Origin: Nemertoderma westbladi
Taxonomy: Eukaryota > Animalia > Xenacoelomorpha
Direction: 5' to 3'
Length of the DNA stretch: 64,000 nt
NCBI GenBank assembly: GCA_032718475.1
Contig: JAUCBJ010007265.1
Location: 5,518-69,517, forward strand
The translations under genes were made by a program, and so were the position numbers. This document shows positions 1 through 11,593 of this stretch, in pieces. A model generated the notes under the pieces. It searched no databases. It was not told the origin of the DNA and saw only the letters and a list, made by a program, of their open reading frames with translations. The first letter of the stretch is position 1. Every line of letters starts with the position of its first letter.

Positions 1-865
1 CGATTGGTCTTCCATTTCCTCGATTTTGTCTGTGTCATTGCTTGGCTCTTGTACCGACGTGACTTGCGTAGCTGTAATCCAGCACAAAAACCAATTCCAC
101 TCCTTCTATTCAAGACGACATTGGCCGAGACCCTGTGTGCACGTGGAAAGTCTGTCTGCAACAAGCGACGAGGGCGACCAAGTCTAGAAATTGAAAACGG
201 TATTCTTCAGAAGAAAGCGCGATCAATAACCGTTGGTCTGTTGCCTTCCATGGCAGTTCGACAAGATCAGGTTGGCCACTGGCCTGTGTTCGCTGAGAAA
301 AGGGGACGGTGCAAGAATCCAGACTGTGTTGGGGTTCCTAAGATTATGTGTGAGAAGTGTAGTGCGGTGTCTGGAGGAAAGGTATATTTGTGTCTTGGAC
401 CGGACCGTAACTGTTTCAAATGCTTCCATTGTGATTGATAACGAATTGGGTATCTATCAATTTTGGTAATTGCTATCGCATTGATGTTGAATTGATGTTT
501 GGTTTTCGATATTACATACAGTACAGGGATACAATTTTAGTTGAAAATCTATAATTTTGTATATAATGTAGAGTGCGGAGCAGAATAATACAGTTTGTAC
601 ATTTCTGCATATTTTACACATGAACACAAAATGAAAAAAGTTGTCGCGTAATATGTTTCCAACTTTTTCACAAAATTTTTTTCAAACTCCTAAATTTCAT
701 TTCTTAATGGCCCACCGTGACCTCCGGTCACGTGATTCGAAAATCTTCATAAATTAAATATTTTGAAATTTTTTGATGAAAATCATCTCATTAGGTTCAT
801 TTTAATGTGAAAGTTATGAAAAAAAAATTGTTGGGACATGGCATCATAATTCGGGCTATAGAGGG
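1..865 (+). mobile_element. piggyBac DNA transposon, right end (continues left of window)
   Basis: The ORF ends in a piggyBac cysteine-rich domain. The element ends ...TATAGAGGG at 865, followed by TTAA (866-869), the canonical piggyBac target site. Confidence 0.85.
4..438 (+). CDS. piggyBac transposase C-terminal part (PGBD3-like), 5' partial
   Basis: FHFLD...AWLLYRRD...LLLFK, RRGRPS, then GHWP...RGRC..C...MCEKC...LCL...RNCF..FH cysteine-rich domain. Confidence 0.85.
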   Translation: MVFHFLDFVCVIAWLLYRRDLRSCNPAQKPIPLLLFKTTLAETLCARGKSVCNKRRGRPSLEIENGILQKKARSITVGLLPSMAVRQDQVGHWPVFAEKRGRCKNPDCVGVPKIMCEKCSAVSGGKVYLCLGPDRNCFKCFHCD

Positions 866-972
866 TTAATACTCTGCCAATGGCTCCTCACTGGTATTAT
901 GTTCACAGATTTCCTCTCGCTAAATGCACCAGCGAAAAATCGACCTTGATCTAAATTTTAATATGAGGGGGA

Positions 973-3094
973 TAGCAACAAACGAGCAAATGGTCACATG
1001 GCTCAATCATACGAACTGAGGCGGGTAGCAACAAACGATCAAATGGTCACATGGCTCAATCATACGAACTAACTGAGGCGGGTAGCAACAAACAAGCAAA
1101 TGGTCACATGGCTCAATCATACGAACTGAGGCGGGTAGCAACAAACGATCAAATGGTCACATGGCTCAATCATACGAACTAACTGAGGCGGGTAGCAACA
1201 AACGAGCAAATGGTCACATTGCTCAATCATACTAACTGAGGCGGGTAGCAACAAACGATCAAATGGTCACATGGCTCAATCATACGAACTAACTGAGGCG
1301 GGTAGCAACAAACGAGCAAATGGTCACATTGCTCAATCATACGAACTGAGGCGGGTAGCAACAAACGATCAAATGGTCACATGGCTCAATCATACGAACT
1401 GAGGCGGGTAGCAACAAACGATCAAATGGTCACATGGCTCAATCATACGAACTAACTGAGGCGGGTAGCAACAAACGAGCAAATGGTCACATTGCTCAAT
1501 CATACTAACTGAGGCGGGTAGCAACAAACGATCAAATGGTCACATGGCTCAATCATACGAACTAACTGAGGCGGGTAGCAACAAACGAGCAAATGGTCAC
1601 ATTGCTCAATCATACGAACTGAGGCGGGTAGCAACAAACGATCAAATGTTCACATGGCTCAATCATACGAACTAACTGAGGCGGGTAGCAACAAACGAGC
1701 AAATGGTCACATTGCTCAATCATACTAACTGAGGCGGGTAGCAACAAACGATCAAATGGCCACATGGCTCAATCATACGAACTAACTGAGGCGGGTAGCA
1801 ACAAACGAGCAAATGGTCACATTGCTCAATCATACGAACTGAGGCGGGTAGCAACAAACGATCAAATGGTCACATGGCTCAATCATACGAACTGAGGCGG
1901 GTAGCAACAAACGATCAAATGGTCACATGGCTCAATCATACGAACTGAGGCGGGTAGCAACAAACGATCAAATGGTCACATGGCTCAATCATACGAACTG
2001 AGGCGGGTAGCAACAAACGATCAAATGGTCACATGGCTCAATCATACGAACTGAGGCGGGTAGCAACAAACGATCAAATGGTCACATGGCTCAATCATAC
2101 GAACTAACTGAGGCGGGTAGCAACAAACGAGCAAATGGTCACATTGCTCAATCATACTAACTGAGGCGGGTAGCAACAAACGATCAAATGGTCACATGGC
2201 TCAATCATACGAACTAACTGAGGCGGGTAGCAACAAACGAGCAAATGGTCACATTGCTCAATCATACGAACTGAGGCGGGTAGCAACAAACGATCAAATG
2301 GTCACATTGCTCAATCATACTAACTGAGGCGGGTAGCAACAAACGATCAAATGGTCACATGGCTCAATCATACGAACTAACTGAGGCGGGTAGCAACAAA
2401 CGAGCAAATGGTCACATTGCTCAATCATACGAACTAACTGAGGCGGGTAGCAACAAACGAGCAAATGGTCACATTGCTCAATCATACGAACTGAGGCGGG
2501 TAGCAACAAACGATCAAATGGTCACATGGCTCAATCATACTAACTGAGGCGGGTAGCAACAAACGAGCAAATGGTCACATTGCTCAATCATACGAACTGA
2601 GGCGGGTAGCAAAAAACGAGCAAATGGTCACATGGCTCAATCATACTAACTGAGGCGGGTAGCAACAAACGAGCAAATGGTCACATTGCTCAATCATACG
2701 AACTGAGGCGGGTAGCAACAAACGAGCAAATGGTCACATTGCTCAATCATACGAACTGAGGCGGGTAGCAACAAACGAGCAAATGGTCACATGGCTCAAT
2801 CATACTAACTGATGCGGGTAGCAACAAACGAGCAAATGGTCACATTGCTCAATCATACGAACTGAGGCGGGTAGCAACAAACAAGCAAATGGTCACATGG
2901 CTCAATCATACTAACTGAGGCGGGTAGCAACAAACGAGCAAATGGTCACATTGCTCAATCATACTAACTGAGGCGGGTAGCAACAAACGAGCAAATGGTC
3001 ACATGGCTCAATCATACGAACTGAGGCGGGTAGCAACAAACGAGCAAATGGTCACATGGCTCAATCATACGAACTGAGGCGGGTAGCAACAAAC
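973..3094. repeat. Satellite array, 53-bp unit with 57-bp variant (~39 units)
   Basis: Unit GAGGCGGGTAGCAACAAACGA(T/G)CAAATGGTCACAT(G/T)GCTCAATCATAC(G/T)AACT, optionally +AACT; head-to-tail with no unique spacers. Confidence 0.97.
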
Positions 3095-3332
3095 ACGTGC
3101 GGGAACGAATTTGCGCTGAATGGCAATCTAATGTGGCATAAGAGATCACAATCAAGAAAGGTGTCGGTGATGCTTCAGATATGGATTCTGGAGTTCAGAT
3201 GCTCCTCGATCGTGCTCCACCAATACTACATACTCTGCCAATGGCTCTCACTGGTATTATGTTCACAGATTTCCTCTCGCTAAATGCACCAGCGAAAAAT
3301 CGACCTTGATCCAAATTTTAATATGAGGGGGA

Positions 3333-3911
3333 TAGCAACAAACGAGCAAATGGTCACATGGCTCAATCATACGAACTGAGGCGGGTAGCAACAAACAAGC
3401 AAATGGTCACATTGCTCAATCATACGAACTGAGGCGGGTAGCAACAAACGATCAAATGGTCACATGGCTCAATCATACTAACTAACTGAGGCGGGTAGCA
3501 ACAAACGAGCAAATGGTCACATGGCTCAATCATACGAACTGAGGCGGGTAGCAACAAACAAGCAAATGGTCACATGGCTCAATCATACGAACTGAGGCGG
3601 GTAGCAACAAACAAGCAAATGGTCACATGGCTCAATCACACGAACTGAGGCGGGTAGCAACAAACAAGCAAATGGTCACATGGCTCAATCATACTAACTG
3701 AGGCGGGTAGCAACAAATGAGCAAATGGTCACATGGCTCAATCATACGAACTGAGGCGGGTAGCAACAAACAAGCAAATGGTCACATGGCTCAATCATAC
3801 TAACTGAGGCGGGTAGCAACAAACGAGCAAATGGTCACATGGCTCAATCATACTAACTGAGGCGGGTAGCAACAAACGATCAAATGGTCACATGGCTCAA
3901 TCATACGAACT
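3333..3911. repeat. Second block of the same 53/57-bp satellite (~11 units)
   Basis: Same unit; preceded by a ~100-bp leader (3231-3332) nearly identical to 870-972. Confidence 0.97.
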
Positions 3912-3922
3912 TATAATATGCA

Positions 3923-3988
3923 TCATAATAACCTGGTATACTCAAATATTGCCAGCTCAATATTGCAGAGCTCAACATAAGAGCAGTG
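3923..3988. repeat. 66-bp direct repeat, second copy at 12101-12166
   Basis: TCATAATAACCTGG...GAGCAGTG is identical at both positions. Confidence 0.9.
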
Positions 3989-4083
3989 TTATATATGACT
4001 CTATATCTGATAATATAATATATAATAATAATATTAATATTAATATTAATATATGATAATATAATATAATATCTGACTCTATA

Positions 4084-5079
4084 TGGGTTGATGGGCTCGG
4101 CAAAAGAATCCTACTGCGCAAGTCAGATATTCAGACCGCCCACCAATATCTCAACAACCAAGTAAACTTAGGTGTCCCTCTAGCAGCGGACTTAGTGCAG
4201 GACATTTTCCAACTGATCATGGATGGAGACGATGAGACCATCAACCTTTTCGTCGATGAAACCTCCACCACACCGATTGTCGTTGACGTCCTTTCTAATA
4301 TAACCCCCTTCCAGCCTGAAAAGTTCCTAATCCATTTGATGCTCACTATGAGTAAGTTTCAAACGGAACTTGACCTATATTCGGCACCAAATTTATTAGT
4401 TGCTTTTCAGCGTTGTGGACTTATTCCTGATGCAGCCAATGTCACCCCGGATGACATAAGAAACCTTCGCCGCCGCTACCTTGTAGACCAACTGGCCCAC
4501 TACCCCATTAGTACACGTCAGTTTGAGAGAATGTTGGAGACAGCCGACAACGTTTTAACATCTCTTTTACGTGGTGAGGAATTAAATTATTCCAGTTTAC
4601 TTTTGGCTCAAGAAAATTTATTTAGAGAGAAAATTTCACGGGAAGTACAGGTTATTGGAAAAACGTTTTGTAAAAATATTACTGATGCATTAAAAGAGAA
4701 AAAGGTGCCACTACCCTTAAATTATGATGCTGAGGTAATGGACCAGTCATCGAACTGGCGGCCTCAAATCACCCAAATAAGAGACCAATCTCTCGAATCT
4801 ATTCAAGAACAGCAACAAACTCTTAAACTTTGCTGTGAGGCAATTGATTCATATTTCGAACACAACGCCAAATTTGTAAAACCAATTTTAATCTGTGGGG
4901 ACCCAGGTACAGGTAAGACCTGGGTGATGCTAAATGCTGCAGCCTATGCATTATCTAAAAATTTAAAGATTACAATGACTGCCATAACAGGAAATAAAGC
5001 CTCAGAGCTCGGTGGTGTCCATTACCACAAACTCAAAGCCATGCGTGAAGACAGAAATAAAATACAGGCCAACGTCTGA
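4084..5079 (+). pseudogene. Helitron-like RepHel fragment with N-terminal part of PIF1-family helicase (truncated)
   Basis: Walker A ILICGDPGTGKT followed by motif Ia/Ib-like TAITGNKASELGGVHYH; frame open from WVDGLGKRILLRK at 4084; ends before Walker B. Confidence 0.75.
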
Positions 5080-5307
5080 AAAGTGCTCAGGGGCGGACCC
5101 CTGACAGCCTGAATACTGAAATAGGGAAAAATTATAGGCCTAATAGTTAATGTAATCCGGTAGTACTGTAGTACTTCTAATAATAGTATAATATACTGTA
5201 ATAATAGCTTAATAGTATAATTATATAGTAGTATTATAATAGTATAACTGAATAATGGACCGCATAAACATAAGTGGGAATTATCCACATATTTCCATTT
5301 TCAACAG

Positions 5308-5631
5308 TACCGGTACTGATTCGGGTCGAGGTCGTGGGGGTGGGTGGGGCCGTCGTGGGCGGCGATTCCGTCCATACACTGCCCCCCTGTCGACCATGCT
5401 TCCGCCGACATGATACCCACCACTCCTACCGGTGCCGCCGGCACCACCGGCACCATCTTCCCCACCGCTGGCGCCATCCACACCACCACCGCTGCCATCC
5501 ACGCCACCACCAGCGCCATCCATGCCACCACTGGCACCATCCACACCACCGCTGGCGCCATCCACGCCACCACCAGCGCCATCCACGCCACCTCCGGCGC
5601 CATCACTGCCGGCGCCACCACCACCACTTTG
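5308..5631 (+). pseudogene. Probable RG-rich/proline-rich exon (21-bp tandem repeats); paralogous segment at 11182-11593
   Basis: Preceded by TTTCCATTTTCAACAG acceptor. Reads TGTDSGRGRGGGWGRRGRRFRPYTAPLSTMLPPT*YPPLLPVPPAPP...; the TGA is TGG in the second copy. Confidence 0.5.
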
Positions 5632-6738
5632 GTGGACTTTAATATTAATATATTTATTTTTAATAATAGTTAAAATATCTTAAATTATTATTAATGAATG
5701 CAAAGAAAAAGTGACAAATTTGTTGAAAATAAAATTTCATTAGTTTAGAAGACTTGAAACATCTTACACTACCCCGAGGCTCATCTCTCTTGGCTATTAC
5801 CTATTTGATATTTTATTACTTCTCTAACAAAAGCAAGATTGCCATATCATTGGGTTGCTTAAGAAATTGTATCTGACTCGGTTTGGGATCGAACCCGGAA
5901 CCTCAAAGTTAAAACCTCAAAAAATTTGGGTTCAAACAGTAATACCACAGTAACTGGATAATTTTTATGTGAATAATATTGGTTAAATTTCGGTAATATT
6001 AATGTTAGTATTTGTTTTTCTATTGCAGATAACGACACTGAGTGGCCACAACCACCAAACGGCACTCAGCCATCTCACCACCATTGGTGCCTCAGCTATA
6101 TTCGGATATTACACGTCCATCAACAAGTGGAACACGTTATTAGTATTATTTAATAAATTTATTATAGCTAAAATAACGAGAATTATTATCACTGAACAAA
6201 CACAAAAAAATACTAATTCATTCGTACTTATTATATATTACCATAAAGTAAAATTACCAGTCTTATAAAGTAAAGTTACTGGTGATCTTGTGTCTTGAAA
6301 CATCACAGATTACCCATAGGCTCATCTCTGGCTTTTACCTGCACAGTAAGAAAGGCCACACTATCTCCCAAGGTAAACCAATCCGTAACTACCCAACCCT
6401 TTTCGCCAAAACTAAAGATAAAACTAAAAACCCATATCGCTGGGTTGTTAAGAAATTGTAACTGACTCGGATTGGCATCGAACAAGCGACCTCCCAACTC
6501 AAAGCTGTAATCAATTAGTCATTATAGAATAACTACTGTATTCGCAGATTTTAAAAGTAATTCTTTAGATATTTTCATAGGACTCTACATACCTAATAAC
6601 AATAATATACAATAACAATAATCATATTTTTATGCAATTATCACTAACATTACATTAATTCAGCATTAAGCATTAATTAATATTAAGCTTAAAATTAAAA
6701 GGTTAAAGATATTAATAATTTTGTATATTATTTTTTAG

Positions 6739-7184
6739 ATTTAAATGCACACCAGCCTACTCAACACCGAGTTACTCTATCGGACATCCAAACGCTAAGG
6801 AATGGAGTGGCAACAGAAGGTCGACGTGTTGTGGAGTGTGGCGGCGGCGGGGACTGTCAGTACCTCGCCGTTTCTGTTTCCGTTGACGCCCTACTCGGAG
6901 AACGACGACAATTAACTCCTATTGAACTTCGTAATGCCGTTGCGGAGGAGTTAGAAAGAAATAGAAGTACGTATGTACCATTTATAGCCACTGTAGGAGG
7001 CAGAGAGCAAGATCAACAATATAATAGATATGTGGATGGGGTACGTAATGGGGGGGCTTGGGGGGATCATATCACACTAACAGTTATGGCCAAAATACTT
7101 CATATCAAAATTGTCGTTTTCCATATGGGGGACAACTCAAAGTTTGCTGACATCACTGACAAAGCATTAAATTCGAACTATTGA
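6739..7184 (+). pseudogene. OTU-family cysteine protease domain of the Helitron-like protein
   Basis: GGGDCQYLAV catalytic Cys motif, LRNAVAEEL, YVDGV...GAWGDHITLTVMAKILHIKIVV; TTTTTTAG acceptor at 6731-6738. Confidence 0.8.
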
Positions 7185-7289
7185 ATGGATGTTAAGTGTC
7201 CCCTTGGTTGCGATGAGTACATCGAATTTGTAAACTTACTTCCTTTACTTTCTACTTTTTACATCTTTTCATTTCTAAATTTCAGGCAT

Positions 7290-10200
7290 TTAAAGCCAAC
7301 AAACTTTTAATCCGCGGTATACGTACCGATTACCCAGAGGACTGTCCAACAGATTTAGGTTACATTGTTAAACCGTCTGTAGTTGTCTGTCCAAAGCAAG
7401 GATTGTGTGTAGCTTTTTGTAGGGGCCATAAAGATGCTGAACACGAATATATACACGTACCCAAACACCCTAGACAAGACCCACTACAATATCCTGACAG
7501 ACTTGCACCAGCGACAGTGACACCAAATATAGTTAGGGACACAAATATTGGACAATGTACTAGTAGTTTACCTGTAGTGAAGGAAATAGGAGGATACCAT
7601 GGGATTAGTAGTACTTCACTTACACCAATGACAGAGTACAATATACCCGATAACCGCCTGTTCTCTGATGAGAGACTTGTTCTAGAACAGATACCAGACA
7701 TTTTACACTGTACTCTTAATAATCAAGTGTTGGGGGAACATTGGGCTAAGGAAGTTTTAACATATATCCAGAGGATTTAGTAGAGCTTTGCATGAAGGGA
7801 GCAACATATGTACCGATAGGGGGGGGGGGGGGGGGGGGGGGGGCATACCGACAGTGGCAGGATTATGTAAAATTAGATAAAGGTAAGAAAGACGGACATA
7901 AAGACTATGCAGACAGACAGACACGGAGCTGACTCTTTCCAAATAAGTTTAAACCCTATGCTATCACTTACATCTTCATCAGTTCAACTTCTTGCACATT
8001 CACCACCCATGTATAATTTACTAATCTCCAACAAAGACAAGGACAAATATACCAAACTTTTACTGGACACTACCCTTAAAGACGAAACAGAAGTTACACT
8101 CAGTGAGCGCGTTTTAAATCAGATGAACTTACGTGCCCGGGTCACGTTTTAAATCAGCATGGTTTAACAGCACTACAAAAAGCTACCACAATCCTTAGTA
8201 ATACTATACCGAGGGTTCAAATGAGGGATAATTTAGGTCAACCAAAAGGGGGCGAAGTATAAATATTTATTAGAAATCGATGCTACAGACGGTTTAATTA
8301 TAATCTAATAGTTTTTAATGGTTAGGGGGTGCTGATAATTTACTAATGAAATGATGGGGAATATTATGTGCAGGCTGTAGGTAGTAACGAGGGTATACTA
8401 TTTAGGTGGGGTGAAGATTATTTTTTTAAGATACTTTGGGAAACAAATTTAAGGACAATTTAAATACATCAAATATTTTAAAACATTTCTCCTACATACT
8501 CTTTTGTAAATTAACATCTGGGGATGGGCCTGATAAAATTAAAGAACTTACCAACCTAGCTGGTCAATCAAAATTAAAGTGCAATCTGCACCCAGACAAT
8601 TATTTAGTAAAGTTACCGTTAATCGACAACAACCACCCATTATTATTGAAGGGCGTACTAAAACTGCTCGGTACAAGTGTCCACATGGAATCCAACTGTT
8701 CGACTGCCCAGTTTCCCTTTGCTACACCCACGCTAAACCGCTCATTCTGCTCCCACATGAGACCCTGGTTAACACGCCAAGTCTGCAGCAAATGAACCGT
8801 GTTACTCAACAAGCCGACCAACCTCTGGACGAAGAGATTAGGGACAGCGAGGAGGAGGTGTTAGGGAGATTCATCGACCAACCAGACCAAGATGTTCTCC
8901 ACTACATCGAGCTACTCGACCGCATTATTGGTCTCGTTGGAGCCCACGCACAGTCTGAGGTACCATCCGATGCATCCACTCTCTTATCCAATCCTCAGAA
9001 AGTGCCCATCTACGATGTCAATATCTCAGTCCACATTCTCCTCAACCAACAGCTGGGAACATTGTGCCGAGCCTATACACCCTATGCTCAATCTAATTTT
9101 AATAGACTGCTAAGCCATATTATTTCACTAAACACTGATGTTACTGTGCCATTGTTACAAATTGAGGGCATTCTTTTTCCACGTATTTTTTGGGCAATGA
9201 AAAACGAGTCTGTTTTGGGGGCTCTGCCATCTGTGCTCTTTACAAACAGGGGTACAAACAGAAGGGGGGTGGCGACCCTAGAGGACCATTTAGATATTAG
9301 GTTAAGGGATGGGAGTTTGCATACCTCTATATGTCTGCCTTATTTATGTAGGGTTTGTTTTTGATGTTCTACTTAACCGGCAGTTAGTTCTTACTAAAGG
9401 GCTTGAGTTTCTAACCAAGAGGACTGCTGAGTTTAAGTTGCAAGAAAGTAAGATAAATTTTGACGAGGCAGATTCTCGTAGAAAATTAAAGGAACTCGCA
9501 GCCCTGACGAGGGAGGCGCCCTGTGATTACTTTGTCACATTCACTTGTAATGATTCAGAAACACCAGGCTTCGCCCCTCTTTATAATATAATTAAAGAAG
9601 TGTTCGGCCATACCGAGTTTTTCCAAGAGAAACTCGAAAGTTACGGTGTGCGTCTAGCCCAGGCTTGGCATCGGACTGTAAGCAATGATGAAAACTGGAT
9701 CCAATACAGTCCCCACAAGAGCCAATGGGCAAAATTAAAAGGATATGTTGGAGGTATGAATTCCAAAGCCAAAGTTCTCCGGGTAACAAACCCCATATGG
9801 GGCTATCCTTACATCCGGGTGAAACCCCTCTAGATCATCAGAAACGTGTTTGCTGCTAATCCAAGAGTTTGTTCCACGAATATTTTAATACAGATGACGC
9901 AACACAATTAAGGGATGGGCTCATTAGGGATTTTAATGATTATGGGGAGTTTTTAAATAAATTTCAACTTTTTCAGACTCACGATTGCAAAAAAGCGCGC
10001 GGGGGGGGGCGTTGCAAAAAACGAACTGACAGTGATGGGAAGTTTATTTGTAGATACAAAAAATATCCAGATTCTGGGAAGTATGGTTTTATAGAACACG
10101 AAAACTTATATACAGAAAAAACTTTCGATAAATTTGTAGATCTAGGATTGGCAGGATACAGGAATGACGATGTGACAGACCCTTTGTTGAACCCATTGTT

Positions 10201-10700
10201 TATTGCTGGAATACACACTTACCCAGCAATGGGCTCTGAGTTTTTCACACTGACGGTACCGCGTTTGTTTGTTATTATGCGAGCTGCTGGCAATGTGCAA
10301 GTAGTTAATTCGCGATTCCAAAAATCGTATTTATTAAAATACGCTGCCGGGAAAGAATAACATAAAAAGCATATTGTTAAGGAAACAAAGGAACCCGGGG
10401 TGTTTGAGGGGGGAGCGAGGGGGCAGTTCAATGAAAAAAGTGGCAGAATAAAAAAGGGAGAAAAAAAATACTGGGTACATGACTCGTAATATCAGTGTTT
10501 ATGAAACAATATGGCATTGCTTAGATTTCGAATATTTCTATACAAATGTTGACTTCACCCACATCACGACCTTAGCCCCTGAAAATAGACCGGCTGTAGT
10601 CAACGAATTTCCTTGGCAGAAAATAAAGAAACTAGTTGATGAAAACCAATCACTAGTTTCAATTACTAGACGTGAAAATTTAGCCCCTCTCTACCCTTAG
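7290..10700 (+). pseudogene. Helitron-like Cys/His motifs and HUH Rep domain, frameshifted
   Basis: Motif 1 YFVTFTCN (~9530); motif 2-like RYEFQSQSSPGNKPH (~9752-9800, alternate frame); QTHDC..RC; motif 3 NVQVV...SYLLKYAAGKE (~10330); several stops and frameshifts. Confidence 0.75.
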
Positions 10701-11181
10701 AGCTTTTTGTACACCCATCTATGGAAACACCTTATGGGCAAGACGGAATTATTCTGAATTAGCTTATAATAAGTTGCGTGTAGCTTATAATAAATAACTC
10801 CGCTAGAATGCTCTTTAAAATACCTCGGATGACTAATGGCGAACCAACAAGTATATCTGTATCATTTGGTACACTTAATATCTTACCTATATAATTTTAA
10901 TACTTTTCAAGCCCTATATTTTTTACTCATTATAATATTAATTTCATAAAAGGTGAAATATAATAAGTGTCAGTGAAAGCGAAAAGGTACCTTAAGGTGA
11001 AAATATCATTTTGAGAAAAACCCAATTTATGAAAAAAATACACTCTCAAAACAAATTTTTCAATGATTTGATTTTCAGTGGGATATATGCAGTAATTTAA
11101 GATAAGTTAAATGCAGGTTTTGCAGTAATTGCTAATACTGTAATCCTAATACTAATCTAATACCCTACAAATAAATGAATC

Positions 11182-11593
11182 ATGGACCGCATAAACATAA
11201 GTGGGAATTAACCACATATTTCCATTTTCAACAGTACCGGTACTGATTCGGGTCGAGGTCGTGGGCATGGGTGGGGCCGTCGTGGGCGGCGATTCCGCCC
11301 ATACACTGCCCCCCCCCCCCCCCCCCCCCTGTCGACCATGCTTCTATCGACGTGGTACACCGGTGCCGCTGGCACCACCGGCACCATCTCCCCCACCGCC
11401 GGCGCCATCCACGCCACCACCGGCCCCATCACCGCCGCCACTGAAGGTGGACTTTAATTTATTTATAATAATAGTTAAAAATTCTTGAATTATTATTAAT
11501 GAACGCAAAGAAAAAGTGACAAATTTCTTCGAAATTAAATTTCATTAGTTTAGAAGACTTGAAACATCTTGCTCTACCCCGAGGCTCATCTCT
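11182..11593 (+). repeat. Second copy of the 5255-5788 segment (RG/Pro-rich exon plus flank)
   Basis: Starts ATGGACCGCATAAACATAAGTGGGAATTA as at 5255; has fewer 21-bp units; shares the downstream GAAGACTTGAAACATCTT...GAGGCTCATCTCT. Confidence 0.9.

Noticed and set aside
2315-3283. Short ORFs within the satellite
   Set aside because: Artefacts of the 53/57-bp periodicity.
973-3911. CRISPR array
   Set aside because: Units are contiguous with no unique spacers, there are no cas genes, and the context is eukaryotic.
5281-5627. Gly-rich and Val/Ala-rich minus-strand ORFs
   Set aside because: Shadow frames of a GC-rich 21-bp repeat; the splice-acceptor context favours the plus strand.
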